Program-made: the position numbers and the translations under genes | The notes under the pieces: generated by a model | Told to the model about the DNA's origin: nothing | What the model saw: the letters and a program-made list of their open reading frames with translations, nothing else | Database searches by the model: none | Shown here: positions 47,060-56,933 of the stretch, one piece after another | How positions within the stretch are numbered: the first letter of the stretch is position 1 | Layout of the letters: each line of letters begins with the position of its first letter | Assembly: GCA_963801225.1 (NCBI GenBank) | Contig: CAWDED010000001.1 | Location: 150,371-214,370, forward strand | Reading direction: 5' to 3' | DNA from: an uncultured Alphaproteobacteria bacterium | Lineage (GTDB): Bacteria > Pseudomonadota > Alphaproteobacteria > Rhizobiales > Afifellaceae | Length of the DNA: 64,000 nt

Positions 47060-47746
47060 GTCCAATCCGATCTCTTCTGAAGCTAGTTCGCCAGGTACAC
47101 CTCCGGTGAGCGCAGGCGTCGGTTTGCCGTTTCGCATCACAATGGTGCTGTCGGGAAACTCCTGCCGGAAGGCGTATCCCCTGTCCTTCAGGGCGCCGAT
47201 GAACCCGTCGAGCCGGGTCATTGCGTCGCCGTGTATGTCGTGCAGGGCGATCAGCGGCCAATCGATCTGCGATATCTGCTTCATGGCCGTTTCAGGCCAG
47301 CCTTCAGCGTTCCGGAAATCCCCCGGAACGCTGTTCCATATCACGCAGGTATATTTCCCCTCGGCCAGATGATTTGCTGCGACGCCGTTCAGTGCGCCGT
47401 CGAGTCGCCCGCTGCCATAGGGCCTGAAGAGCCTGTCGGGATGCGCGAGGCTGCCCAAAGCGGCCTGTGCCTTGTCGATCTCAGCGGCGACGAATTCGGC
47501 ATCGCCCCTTTCGCGAAACGGATGCGAATGGCTCCATGTGTGGTTGCCGATCCAGTGACCTTCATCCTTCGCCCGCTCCGCCTGGGCGCGATTTTCAGCG
47601 AGCTTGCTACCGACCACGAAGAACGTCGCCGCAGTGCCGTGCCGCGCCAGAATGTCGAGCACGCGCGGCGTGACCTCGGGGTCCGGCCCGTTGTCGAAGG
47701 ACAGGGTGACGGGCTTGAGATCACTCTTCGGCATCGGCGAAGACAT
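47060..47746 (-). CDS. polysaccharide deacetylase (NodB-homology) family protein; reads through into the dehydrogenase as assembled
   Basis: VTLSFDNGPDPEVTPRVLDILARHGTAATFFVVG and IGNHTWSH are present. An alternate-frame TAG lies ~25 nt upstream of the dehydrogenase ATG, so the 585-aa fusion ORF may come from an indel near ~47085. Confidence 0.65.
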
Positions 47747-49229
47747 CCTTCCTCAGGCTCAAGAGTGAGGGCACGAACATCGTCGCGGCAAGTCCGATGG
47801 CGAGCAGCATCAGCGCCAAGCTGATGGGGCGCGTGAAGAACACCGTGGCATCGCCCTGCGAGATCAGCATCGCGCGGCGGAAATGCTCCTCGACCATGGG
47901 GCCGAGCACGAAGCCGAGAAGGAATGGCGCTGGCGAGCAACCGAGGCGGACGAAGAGATAGCCCGCGAGCCCGGCCACGGCCAGAACGTAGAGCTCGAGC
48001 TCGAGCCCGTTCGCGCTGAACGTGCCTATGCAGCAGAAAGCCAGAATCCCAGGAAAGAGAATGGCGTAGGGGATGCGCAGCAGGCTCACCCAGGCGCCGA
48101 CCAGCGGCAGGTTGAGCACCACCAGGAACGCATTGCCGATCCACATCGAGGCGATCAGTCCCCAGAACAGCTCCGGTTGGGTGACGATGACCCGCGGCCC
48201 CGGCTGGATGCCCTGGACGATCATCGCGCCGATCATCAGCGCCATCACGGCATTGGAGGGAATGCCCAGGGTGAGCATGGGAATGAATGATGTCTGCGCG
48301 CCGGCATTGTTGGCGCTCTCCGGACCCGCCACACCCTCGATCGCGCCTTTGCCGAACTCTTCCGGATACTTCGACATGCGTTTTTCGACCGCGTAGGACG
48401 CAAACGACGAGATGAATGCGCCGCCACCCGGCAGGACACCGAGAACCGAGCCGATCGCCGTGCCCCGCAGGATGGGCGCAAAGGAGCGTTTGAAATCTTC
48501 CTTGGTGGGCATCAGGGAGGAAATCTTGTGGGCTGAGCGCGCCAGTCCCTCATTGCCCTCCAGGTTGCGCAGGATTTCGCCAATGCCGAACACGCCGATG
48601 GTCACGGCAATGAAGTCGACGCCGCTGCGGAATTCGTTGATGCCGTAGGTGAAGCGGGTCACCGCGGTGAACACGTCCGTGCCGACGACGCCCAGCATCA
48701 GGCCGATGACGGCCATGCCGAGACCCTTGAGCGCCGATCCCTGGGACAAGACGACCACCATGATGATGCCGAGCATCGTCAGGGAGAAATATTCGGGCGA
48801 ACCGAAACGGAGCGCGATCTGGCTAAGCGCCGGCGAAGCGACCGCGAGCACCATGGTCGCAATCGTGCCCGCGACGAACGAACCGATGGCGGAAATGGAT
48901 AGCGCCACCCCGGCCCTGCCCTGTCGGGCCATCTGGTATCCGTCGATCGCGGTGACGGCGGAGGACGGCTCTCCGGGCAGATTGACCAGAATCGCCGTGA
49001 TCGAGCCGCCATACTGCGCACCGTAATAGATGCCGGCCAGCATGATCAGGGACGACAACGGGCTGAGCGTCAGCGTGATCGGCAGCAGCATGGCGATCGT
49101 CGCCGAGGGGCCGATGCCGGGCAGGACACCGATCAGCGTGCCCAACGTCACGCCAAGCAGGCACAGCATCAGCGACGTCAGGCTGACGGCGACCGAGAAG
49201 CCGAGCATGAGGCCATCGAATAGTTCCAT
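47721..49229 (-). CDS. tctA: tripartite tricarboxylate transporter permease TctA
   Basis: Intact 502-aa polytopic protein: LGTLIGVLPGIGPSATIAMLLP, GEPSSAVTAIDGYQMARQGRAG and GPESANNAGAQTSFIPMLTLGIP. Confidence 0.9.
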   Translation of the reverse strand: MELFDGLMLGFSVAVSLTSLMLCLLGVTLGTLIGVLPGIGPSATIAMLLPITLTLSPLSSLIMLAGIYYGAQYGGSITAILVNLPGEPSSAVTAIDGYQMARQGRAGVALSISAIGSFVAGTIATMVLAVASPALSQIALRFGSPEYFSLTMLGIIMVVVLSQGSALKGLGMAVIGLMLGVVGTDVFTAVTRFTYGINEFRSGVDFIAVTIGVFGIGEILRNLEGNEGLARSAHKISSLMPTKEDFKRSFAPILRGTAIGSVLGVLPGGGAFISSFASYAVEKRMSKYPEEFGKGAIEGVAGPESANNAGAQTSFIPMLTLGIPSNAVMALMIGAMIVQGIQPGPRVIVTQPELFWGLIASMWIGNAFLVVLNLPLVGAWVSLLRIPYAILFPGILAFCCIGTFSANGLELELYVLAVAGLAGYLFVRLGCSPAPFLLGFVLGPMVEEHFRRAMLISQGDATVFFTRPISLALMLLAIGLAATMFVPSLLSLRKDVFADAEE

Positions 49230-49243
49230 GTTCTGTCTCCCGC

Positions 49244-49699
49244 CTAGCCGAAGAATTCGGGATTGATTAGCGGATAGGGCACGCCGACCCCGAACTTGAA
49301 CACCAGCACGCAGAAGACCGTGACCCCGACAATAATAGCCGCACCGCGCATGAGGCCGATCCTGCTGCTGGATAGCACGGCGAGACCGACGCTGATCAGG
49401 AGCGCCGGAGCGAGACCGAGACTTCTGACCGTCAGCCCGAATGCGATCGGCGCCGACCCGACCAGAATGACCGCGCGCCAGTTGACCGGCGGCTGTTCTT
49501 CTTCATCGCGCTTTGCCCGCAGCAGAACCAAAACCCCCAGGATGGCGAGAATGACGCTCAGGGAGAACGGGAAGAAACCCGGACCCATTTCCTCCGGCGT
49601 TCCCAAATCGAGCTGCAGGAGAGTCGTGGTGCCGTAATAGACGGCAACGGCGAGGAACATGATCCCCGTCATTGCGTCATGCGACTTCCAGTTTACCAT
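49244..49699 (-). CDS. tctB: tripartite tricarboxylate transporter small membrane subunit TctB
   Basis: 151 aa from ATG 49699 (GGGAGA RBS), four TM segments, directly upstream of tctA. It forms the 3' part of the chimeric track ORF 49244-50830. Confidence 0.8.
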   Translation of the reverse strand: MVNWKSHDAMTGIMFLAVAVYYGTTTLLQLDLGTPEEMGPGFFPFSLSVILAILGVLVLLRAKRDEEEQPPVNWRAVILVGSAPIAFGLTVRSLGLAPALLISVGLAVLSSSRIGLMRGAAIIVGVTVFCVLVFKFGVGVPYPLINPEFFG

Positions 49700-49722
49700 G
49701 AAACGGTCTCCCTTGGTCGAGC

Positions 49723-50918
49723 TCAAGCTTTCGCTTTGGCCTTCGTTCCGTAGAGCTCCTCGAGAACCTCTTCGGTGTGCTGGCCGAGGCCCGGCGGATT
49801 GCGAAACACGCCGGGCGCGGCGACATCCTTCCAGGGCATGCCGGGAATGGCGGTCACGACGCCCGAATTGGGCGGATATTCGATCTCCATCAACGAGCCG
49901 CGTTCCTTGACGTGCGGGAGCTCCACGACCTCGGCGAGGTTCAGAATCGGCTCGGAAGGGATGCCGCGCTTGTCGAGTTCGTTCAGCCAGTAGCCGGCGG
50001 TATTGGTTTTGAATATCCCGCGAATCTGCGTCGAGCATGCGTACCCGGTTGAGGTTGCGGTCCACCTGCGTCTGGAACTGCGGATCCTGCCCGAGATGGG
50101 CGAATTCGGGGATCGAGATGAACGCCTTCCACGCCTTCTCGTTCGTCACGGCCATGACGAACTCGCGATCCGACGCCATGAAGCTCTCATACGGCGCCAT
50201 GAGCGGATGCGCGTTGCCGACGCGCGGATAGAGCTTGCCGGTGGCATTGACGGTCACGATCTGCTGGTTGAGCACCATCATCACCGCGTCGAGCATCGCA
50301 ATGTCGATGTAGCGGCCCTTGCCGGTCTTCTCGCGTTCCATCAGCGAGGCCATCACCGACATGACGGCGGAGAAACCGCCCACGATATCGGCGATCGGGC
50401 CGCCGGCCTTGTAGGCCGGGCCGTCCGGCGCACCGGTCGTCGACATCAGCCCGCTGATCGCCTGAACCATGAGATCGATGCCTGGCCGGTGCGACATCGG
50501 GCCGGTCTGCCCGTAAGCGCTGATCGATACGTAGATGATATCGGGCTTGGCCTTGCGGACCGTGTCGTAGTCGAGGTTGAACCGCTTCATGGTGCCGGGA
50601 CGAAAGTTTTCGACGACCACGTCGGACGTCCTTGACCAAATCCATGAATATCTTCTGGCCTTCCTCGGTGTGCAGATCGCATTCGATGGACCGCTTGTTG
50701 CGGTTGGAAGACATGTAGGTGGCAAACGGGGGGCCCCAGTAGCGGGACTCGTCGCCCGTCCCCGGCATTTCGAACTTGATGACATCAGCGCCCAGATCGC
50801 CGAGCAGCATGGTGCAATAGGGGCCGGCAAGCGCCCGCGATACGTCGACCACGCGAATGCCTTTCAGCGCGCCCTCGAAGCGCGTGTCGTCTGAAGCAGC
50901 GGTCTGCTTGTCGGTCAT
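49723..50918 (-). CDS. family III CoA-transferase (CaiB/BaiF); two frameshifts as assembled
   Basis: GIRVVDVSRALAGPYCTMLLGDLGADVIK..., then SDVVVENFRPGTMKRF...GPMSHRPGIDLMVQAISGLM..., then IRGIFKTNTAGYWLNELDKRGIPSEPILNLAEVVELPHVKERG. One-nt insertions lie at ~50627 and ~50027. Confidence 0.85.
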
Positions 50919-50953
50919 CTAAATCCTGCTCCGGTGTTCGTGGTCGACCGCGC

Positions 50954-51271
50954 CTATTGCGCGCGAACGATATTGGCGATCGAGCCGATGCCTTCGATGT
51001 CGGCTTCCATGACGTCGCCGTCCTTGAGCCAAACCTGAGGCTCGAGTCCGCCGGAGCGCCGCGGGCGCGGAATGGGCGCCAGAAGCGTGACGTCGGAGAG
51101 CGGAAGCCCGTCGTTTGAGCCTGCGTCGGTCGCGAGTGTGCGCGCGCGCCCGAGAGCTTTATCGCTGCCGATCAGTTCGAGCATCGAGGCGACGCCGGTC
51201 GGAACGATCCGGTCGCCGACGACCACGCCGGTCTGCTCCGCGCCGTCCCGGGTGTAGGTCGCCAGCTTCAC
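50954..51271 (-). pseudogene. fumarylacetoacetate hydrolase (FAH) family remnant with in-frame loss of the catalytic core
   Basis: The 105-aa ORF joins the FAH N-terminal domain (MKLATYTRDGAEQTGVVVGDRIV...LSDVTLLAPIPRP) directly to the extreme C-terminus (WLKDGDVMEADIEGIGSIANIV). About 180 aa, including the metal-binding core, are absent. Confidence 0.65.
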
Positions 51272-51662
51272 GACGCGGGCTCGAAAGCCGGCAGGGTTAT
51301 CTCGTCGGAGACGGGCTCATAGGTCAGCCTGACCGGCATGCCGATATGCACGCCGTAAGGATCGTCCGTCTTGATGTTGGATGTCATCATCGCACCCTCT
51401 TCCAGCTCGACAGCGCCACAACCACCGGGCCTTGCACTTCTTCGAACAGCGATCTTTCGGCGACCGTGAAGGTGTAGACCGTGCCCGCGCCGCTCACCCG
51501 TCTCCATTCGAGTTTGCGGGAGGCACATTCGGGACAGACATAGACCGGGTAAAAGGCGAATGTCCCGCAGTCGGCGCATTTTTGAATCTGCATGGCCTCC
51601 GCCTTGCACGAGTCCCAGAACGGCTTCGATATCTTCGACGGCTCAGGCAGGTATCTCGTCAT
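51268..51662 (-). CDS. Zn-ribbon/OB-fold DUF35 protein (thiolase partner); one frameshift as assembled
   Basis: The Zn-ribbon is CADCGTFAFYPVYVCPECAS. ...GPVVVAL continues as VELEEGAMMTSNIKTDDPYGVHIGMPVRL after loss of one G at ~51414. The stop overlaps the FAH remnant start (ATGA). Confidence 0.8.
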
Positions 51663-51672
51663 TTCGAGTTCC

Positions 51673-52875
51673 TCAATCGCGGCCGAGAATGGCGATGGAA
51701 TGGTTGGAAGCGACCGCGCTGACGTTGGTCGCAAGCGCCAGTTCGACGTCCTTGACCTGCCGGTCGCCGCATTCGCCGCGCACCTGCCGCGCGGCTTCGA
51801 TGATGTGGTTGATGCCGCCCGAGGACCCGAAGGAGAGCAGCCCTCCATGCGTATTCACCGGCAGTTCGCCGCCGAGCTCGATGCGGCCGCTTTCGGCGAA
51901 TGCTCCGCCCTCGCCCTTGGCGCAATAACCAAGATCCTCGAACTGCAAGAGCACCGTAATCGTGAAGGAATCGTAGAGCTCCGCGACATCGATGTCGGTA
52001 GGTTTGACGCCGGCCATGCCGAAGGCGCGTTCGGCGGCGACCGACTGCACCGTGCGCGTCAAGCCGAAGCGCTTTTTGTCTTCAGGCCGCGCCCCGGTTG
52101 CGCGCGCCAGGTGCGCCAGATGGTAGTAGGACTGCGCCTGCCCCGTGCCCAGAATACGCACGGGCTTGGCTTTGAGATCCCGCGCTCTTTCAAGTGAGGT
52201 GATCAGGATGGCGCCGGCGCCGTCGCAGGGAGGACTGCAGTCGAGCAGGTGCAATGGCGTCGACACCATGCGTGAATTGAGAACGTCATCGACCGTGATT
52301 GGATCGCGCTTGAAGGCGGCCGGATTCAGCCCGGCATGTTTGCGAAAGGCGACCGCGATATTGGCGAGCTGCTCGGACGTCGTGCCGAATTCGTGCATGT
52401 GGCGCTGAGCCAGCATGGCGTAGACGCCGGGCACGGTGATCCCGAAGGGAACTTCGAACTCGATCGGGTGTGCCCCATATTCGATATAGGCTCTCATCGA
52501 CGTGCCCTTGGGCACGCCCGAAAGCGTGGTGTCGCCGCGCAGCAGAAGAACGGCCTTGCACAGCCCGCTTTCCACTGCCCATTTCGCGACCTGGACGCCG
52601 TTGAGGTAGGAATGCCCGCCAGTGCGCAGCGTGTCGGCGAACAGCTTGCAGTGAATGCCGAGATGCTCGCCGATGATCATGTGGTGGCGGATATTGTCGT
52701 TGAGGAACGTGCCGGTGGTCATCAGCCCGTCGATCTCGTGCTTGTCGATCCCGGAATCCTCGATCGCAAGCATGGCGGCATCGATATGCAGCTCGGTCGG
52801 GTTCTTGTCGGTCAGGCGGCCGACCGGGGGCTCACCCAAACCTGCAATAACGGCTTCGCTGCCTGGGCTTGGCAT
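51673..52875 (-). CDS. thiolase-like protein (SCP-x/lipid-transfer-protein type)
   Basis: 400 aa from ATG 52875. It contains LLDCSPPCDGAGAILITS and NTHGGLLSFGSSGGINHIIEAARQVRGE. Pairing with DUF35 is typical for this thiolase class. Confidence 0.85.
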   Translation of the reverse strand: MPSPGSEAVIAGLGEPPVGRLTDKNPTELHIDAAMLAIEDSGIDKHEIDGLMTTGTFLNDNIRHHMIIGEHLGIHCKLFADTLRTGGHSYLNGVQVAKWAVESGLCKAVLLLRGDTTLSGVPKGTSMRAYIEYGAHPIEFEVPFGITVPGVYAMLAQRHMHEFGTTSEQLANIAVAFRKHAGLNPAAFKRDPITVDDVLNSRMVSTPLHLLDCSPPCDGAGAILITSLERARDLKAKPVRILGTGQAQSYYHLAHLARATGARPEDKKRFGLTRTVQSVAAERAFGMAGVKPTDIDVAELYDSFTITVLLQFEDLGYCAKGEGGAFAESGRIELGGELPVNTHGGLLSFGSSGGINHIIEAARQVRGECGDRQVKDVELALATNVSAVASNHSIAILGRD

Positions 52876-52972
52876 TTTGACAAACTCCAAAAATGTGATG
52901 AGTGGCCCGCACAGCCGATCGGACTTTTGTCTGATGGGCGGATCAAACCGCCCCATCAGAATGCGTTTAGCG

Positions 52973-53953
52973 TCAGCGCTTCTCGAGGCCGATCGCGTCG
53001 ATGAGCTTAGCGTAGCGGTCGCGCTCCGCCGTCATGAACTCGCCGAACTCCTTTGGAGATTCGCTGGCCCAAACCTCAGTACCGGTGGCTTCGAGAGCCG
53101 CCACGATCGCCGGATCGTCCAGCGCCTGACTGAGCGCGCCGAACAGCGTGTCGATGTATTCGTCAGGCGTGCCTGCAGGAGCGAAGAGTCCGTACCAGGA
53201 CGTCACCAGGACATCGCCATAACCCTGCTCCTTCATGGTCGGAAGGTCCGGAAGAAATTTGGAGCGCTGACCGGCCGTAATGCCGAGCAGCGTGAGCTCG
53301 CCGGTTTGCAGCCCAGGCTGGAATTGCGACAACGAATAGAACATCACGTCGATCTCGCCACGCATCAGGTCGAGCACGGCGGCCGATCCACCTTCGTAGG
53401 GGATGTGCCGCATCTTGATGCCGGCGTCCTGCATCAGCATCTCACCCAGCAGGTGGTTGGAGTTGCCAATGCCGGTCGAAGCATAAGCGAGGCTTTCGTT
53501 CCGGGCTTTCTCTACGAACTCGTCGACAGAGGTAATGCCCGACGCCGTCGGCACGGCCATGATCAGGCTCTGCGCGGACACGCGCCCGATCGGAGTGAAG
53601 TCGTCCGTTGAATAGGGAAGCTCCGCGTAGAGGTTCGGGTTCGACGAGAAGTCGGCAATTGTCGCCCAAAGGAGATGGTAGCCGTCCGGCTTCTGCTCGG
53701 AGGCGCGCGCCATACCGGGAAGGTGCGCCGCGCCTCCGATATTTTCGATCACGAGCGGCTGCCCGAGAATTTCTTCGACCTTGGGAAGCACGATGCGCGC
53801 CACGCCATCCGCGGCAGAGCCCGCAGGCAAGGGCACAATCACGTCGATCGGTCGGCTGGGGTAGTCCTGGGCCTGTGCTGTGGCCCCAATTGCCAGCATT
53901 GCCGCTGCCGACACCACAATAGTCAGCGAGCTCCTCAATCCACACGGCGACAT
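52973..53953 (-). CDS. tctC: tripartite tricarboxylate transporter substrate-binding protein (TctC/Bug family)
   Basis: Signal peptide, then QDYPSRPIDVIVPLPAGSAADGVAR, HIPYEGGSAAVLDLMRGEIDV and SWYGLFAPAGTP. Strong GGGGAGG RBS. Confidence 0.9.
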   Translation of the reverse strand: MSPCGLRSSLTIVVSAAAMLAIGATAQAQDYPSRPIDVIVPLPAGSAADGVARIVLPKVEEILGQPLVIENIGGAAHLPGMARASEQKPDGYHLLWATIADFSSNPNLYAELPYSTDDFTPIGRVSAQSLIMAVPTASGITSVDEFVEKARNESLAYASTGIGNSNHLLGEMLMQDAGIKMRHIPYEGGSAAVLDLMRGEIDVMFYSLSQFQPGLQTGELTLLGITAGQRSKFLPDLPTMKEQGYGDVLVTSWYGLFAPAGTPDEYIDTLFGALSQALDDPAIVAALEATGTEVWASESPKEFGEFMTAERDRYAKLIDAIGLEKR

Positions 53954-53980
53954 AATCGTCCTCCCCTTTTGTTTTCCGGT

Positions 53981-54000
53981 ATACGGAATTTTTTCCGTAT
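53981..54000. promoter_or_regulatory. candidate operator: perfect 8-N4-8 palindrome upstream of tctC
   Basis: ATACGGAA-TTTT-TTCCGTAT lies 28-47 nt upstream of the tctC start. An overlapping TTCCG-GTATA-CGGAA dyad sits at 53974-53988 and a further AATACGGA at 54043-54050. Confidence 0.4.
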
Positions 54001-54097
54001 TTCGATCATGCGGCTGTTTCTGCTGCCAGTCAAGACTTTGCGAATACGGAGTTGCGGTTGAGCGCCGATCGGAGAGAAAGTTGCGGCTCCTCGGACG

Positions 54098-55306
54098 TCA
54101 GCGGAGCGCCGCCCTCGCTTCGTCCTTTTGCAGACACTCTGGGTTCAAGTCCGCAATTTTCTCGACACCTGCGAGGGCCATCGTGCGCTGGAGTTCGGTC
54201 TTGAAAATCTCCAGAGCCTTCGCTGCTCCTGCCCACCCGCCTGCGGCCAAGCCATAGAGTGTTCCGCGACCGGTCATCACGGCGTTGGCGCCCAGCGCCA
54301 ACGCCACGGCGATATGGGCTCCGTGGCGATAGCCACTGTCGATGACAATCGGAAAATCTGCACCCATCCGGTCCCGTATCCGCGGGAGCACCTCGATTGG
54401 TGCGATCGTCGGCTCCATTTGCCGGCCACCGTGATTGCTCAGGATGATCCCGTCTGCACCGATGTCTGAAGCGCGCACGGCCTCATCTGTGCGCAGTATC
54501 CCTTTGATGAGCAGCTTACGCGGCCACGTCTCACGAATGCGAGCAATATCCTCCCACGCAAGCTTGGGGCGGTTTTCGGCGATCCAACGCCCTGTCTCGA
54601 AGACGCTCGGATCGTCGGTGCCGACAAACTCCGTGAGATTGACGAAGTTCGGCGGCCCGCCTTTCAGCAGCACGGAACTCAACCAGTTCGGATGCCGAAG
54701 TATTTCGACCTTGCTGCGCCAATTGAGCTGGCCGGGTGAAACGTAGTTGCGTTGGTCCCACACCCGGTTGCCGGGAACCGCACCGTCAATAGTGATGACC
54801 AGCGCCTCGCTTCCGGCATCGAGCGCGCGTTGCAGCAGCCGCTCCACAACCTCCCGTCCGCCATAGGCGTAGAGCTGAAACCAGTGCCTCAAACCCGGCA
54901 CCCCGGCCACCTCGTCCACCGTGTTCATGGACACCGTGCTTTGCGCTATGCCAACGCCGGCTTCGGCAGCCGCGCGCGCTAGCTCCAGATCGCCGTTGCG
55001 CCAAAACATGCCGTTGAATCCGGTTGGCGCGATGACCAGAGGCATTGCCAGCGCCTTCCCGAAAAGCGTCGTCGACACGTCCACATGGCCCATGTCGATC
55101 GCAAGACGGGGCAGCCAGAGCAACGCGTCTAGAGCCTCTTCATTGCGTCGAAGGGTGCGCTCACTATCCGCCCCGCCGTCGAGATATTCGTACATGAAGT
55201 TCGGCAGCTTTCGCCTGGCCAGACATCTCAGGTCGGAGATGGTTCGCGCAGAGGAGATCCCTCGCCGCAACCGCACCCTCCGGGCCGGGTTCAAATTCCT
55301 GGTCAA
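54098..55306 (-). CDS. FMN-dependent alpha-hydroxy acid dehydrogenase (L-lactate/mandelate dehydrogenase family)
   Basis: The blocks FMYEYLDGGADSERTLRRNE, ILSNHGGRQ and VIDSGYRHGAHIAVALALGA are present. The preferred start is TTG 55306, 8 nt after GGGGAGG. The track ORF extends to GTG 55336. Confidence 0.85.
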   Translation of the reverse strand: MTRNLNPARRVRLRRGISSARTISDLRCLARRKLPNFMYEYLDGGADSERTLRRNEEALDALLWLPRLAIDMGHVDVSTTLFGKALAMPLVIAPTGFNGMFWRNGDLELARAAAEAGVGIAQSTVSMNTVDEVAGVPGLRHWFQLYAYGGREVVERLLQRALDAGSEALVITIDGAVPGNRVWDQRNYVSPGQLNWRSKVEILRHPNWLSSVLLKGGPPNFVNLTEFVGTDDPSVFETGRWIAENRPKLAWEDIARIRETWPRKLLIKGILRTDEAVRASDIGADGIILSNHGGRQMEPTIAPIEVLPRIRDRMGADFPIVIDSGYRHGAHIAVALALGANAVMTGRGTLYGLAAGGWAGAAKALEIFKTELQRTMALAGVEKIADLNPECLQKDEARAALR

Positions 55307-55489
55307 CGCAACTGCCTCCCCTGCACACTCCCCCACCCGTCAATCGAACAGGAACCAGGAGGTTTGATTTCACACACACAGCGAGTCTACTATTCCGAAT
55401 AACGAAAAAAACTCCGACATGCGGAATACTAACTGGAACCCTGATTATGTCGCCTCATCGCACCGCGCTGGACACATCTCCTGGAGCGC

Positions 55490-56863
55490 ATGGCGCTTCC
55501 TGCCGACGACTGGCTCGACCGGGTCACGATCGCCGGCACCGATCCGGTCGTACCAAGCCGCTATCGCGCCGGACTCGCCAGCGCGTCCGCTTTGGCGGCG
55601 CAGGCCGTAGGCATTGCGGAAATCTGGCGGCGGCGCGGCTATGGAATGCAGGCGATCGACATCGATCTTCGGAAGGCAGCCGTGCCGGGATTGCGAACGC
55701 TCGCATACGTCAAGCGTGGGGGCCACGCCTTGCAGCTGCAGCGACCCAAATCCGAAGACAAGGTGTTCTTTCGAACCCGCGACGGGCGGCAGATGTATAT
55801 TCTGCGCCACGCGTTCTACCACGAACACTTCAGCCGGCTTCTGGCTTGCCTGGATTGCTCATCGGCAACGGAATCGATCGAACGCGCCATAGCCCGTCGC
55901 GACGCTGTCGCGCTCGAAGATGAATTGGCAGACGCCAAGGTGATGGGCGCGCTTGCCCGCACGCGTGAGGAATGGCTTGCGCATCCACAAGGTCGACATC
56001 TCGCATCGCGCACACCAATTGAGATCGTCCGAATGCGCGACAGCGACGCTGAGCTGTTTTCACCGGCATCGCGACCACTGGAAGGCGTGAAAGTGGTAGA
56101 TATGGGCCATGTGCTCGCCGGGCCGGTAGTCTCCCGCACACTTGCCGAACAAGGCGCTGAGGTCATCCATGTTTCAGCGCCCCATATCCCCGATCCGACA
56201 CATGTCATCGTCGACACCGCTTTTGGCAAGCGAACCGCGTTCGTGGATTTGCGGTTGGCGGAGGATCGCGCACAACTCAAGCGCCTCATTTCGGAGGCCG
56301 ATGTTTTCGTGCATTCGTGGCGCCCCGGAACGCTCGATCAATTCGGCCTCTCGCCCGATGAACTGATCGCTGAGCGTCCCGGTTTGATCTACGCATCGGT
56401 CAGTTGCTACGGCTCGGATGGCCCCTGGGCTAACCGCGCCGGCTATGATCCCTTTGGTCAGGTTGTCAGCGGATTGGCCGTTGGCGAAGGCAGTGTCGAC
56501 GAGCCCGTTCTGGCCTCGACATTCACGCTCAACGATTATCTCGCCGGTTATTGCGCGGCCGCAGGCGTGATAGGCGCTCTCCTTCAGCGCGCGCAAAACG
56601 GAGGCAGTTATCAGGTCAAGGTATCCTTGACCGGCTGCTCGATGTGGTTGCAAGACCTCGGCAAGCTTCCGAAAGTGCAATGGCCCGATGGCATCGACGG
56701 CGTCAGCACGCTTCCGCAGGTCGACCCCGAGGATCTCACCGTCACTCAAACGCCTTATGGTGACATCGAGCACGCCAGACCGATCGTGCGCTACTCCAAA
56801 ACCCCACCCTACTGGACCCGCCCACCAATGCCTGCCGGGGCAACACCGCTCAGCTGGGAATGA
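55490..56863 (+). CDS. CoA-transferase family III-like protein with N-terminal extension
   Basis: Intact 457 aa. It contains VKVVDMGHVLAGPVVSRTLAEQGAEVIHV, ADVFVHSWRPGTLDQFGL and GYDPFGQVVSGLA. Confidence 0.75.
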   Translation: MALPADDWLDRVTIAGTDPVVPSRYRAGLASASALAAQAVGIAEIWRRRGYGMQAIDIDLRKAAVPGLRTLAYVKRGGHALQLQRPKSEDKVFFRTRDGRQMYILRHAFYHEHFSRLLACLDCSSATESIERAIARRDAVALEDELADAKVMGALARTREEWLAHPQGRHLASRTPIEIVRMRDSDAELFSPASRPLEGVKVVDMGHVLAGPVVSRTLAEQGAEVIHVSAPHIPDPTHVIVDTAFGKRTAFVDLRLAEDRAQLKRLISEADVFVHSWRPGTLDQFGLSPDELIAERPGLIYASVSCYGSDGPWANRAGYDPFGQVVSGLAVGEGSVDEPVLASTFTLNDYLAGYCAAAGVIGALLQRAQNGGSYQVKVSLTGCSMWLQDLGKLPKVQWPDGIDGVSTLPQVDPEDLTVTQTPYGDIEHARPIVRYSKTPPYWTRPPMPAGATPLSWE

Positions 56864-56933
56864 CTCTCTACCTGCCTTGACGAATGAGCTATTAAATCGT
56901 GGATGGAACCATGTGCAGCGCAGGGGAGCATAG

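Noticed and set aside
49244-50830. 528-aa ORF spanning tctB and the CoA-transferase
   Set aside because: It is a chimera. Only the central part is genuine CoA-transferase and the last 151 aa are TctB, which has its own RBS and ATG. The connecting segment is frameshifted sequence.
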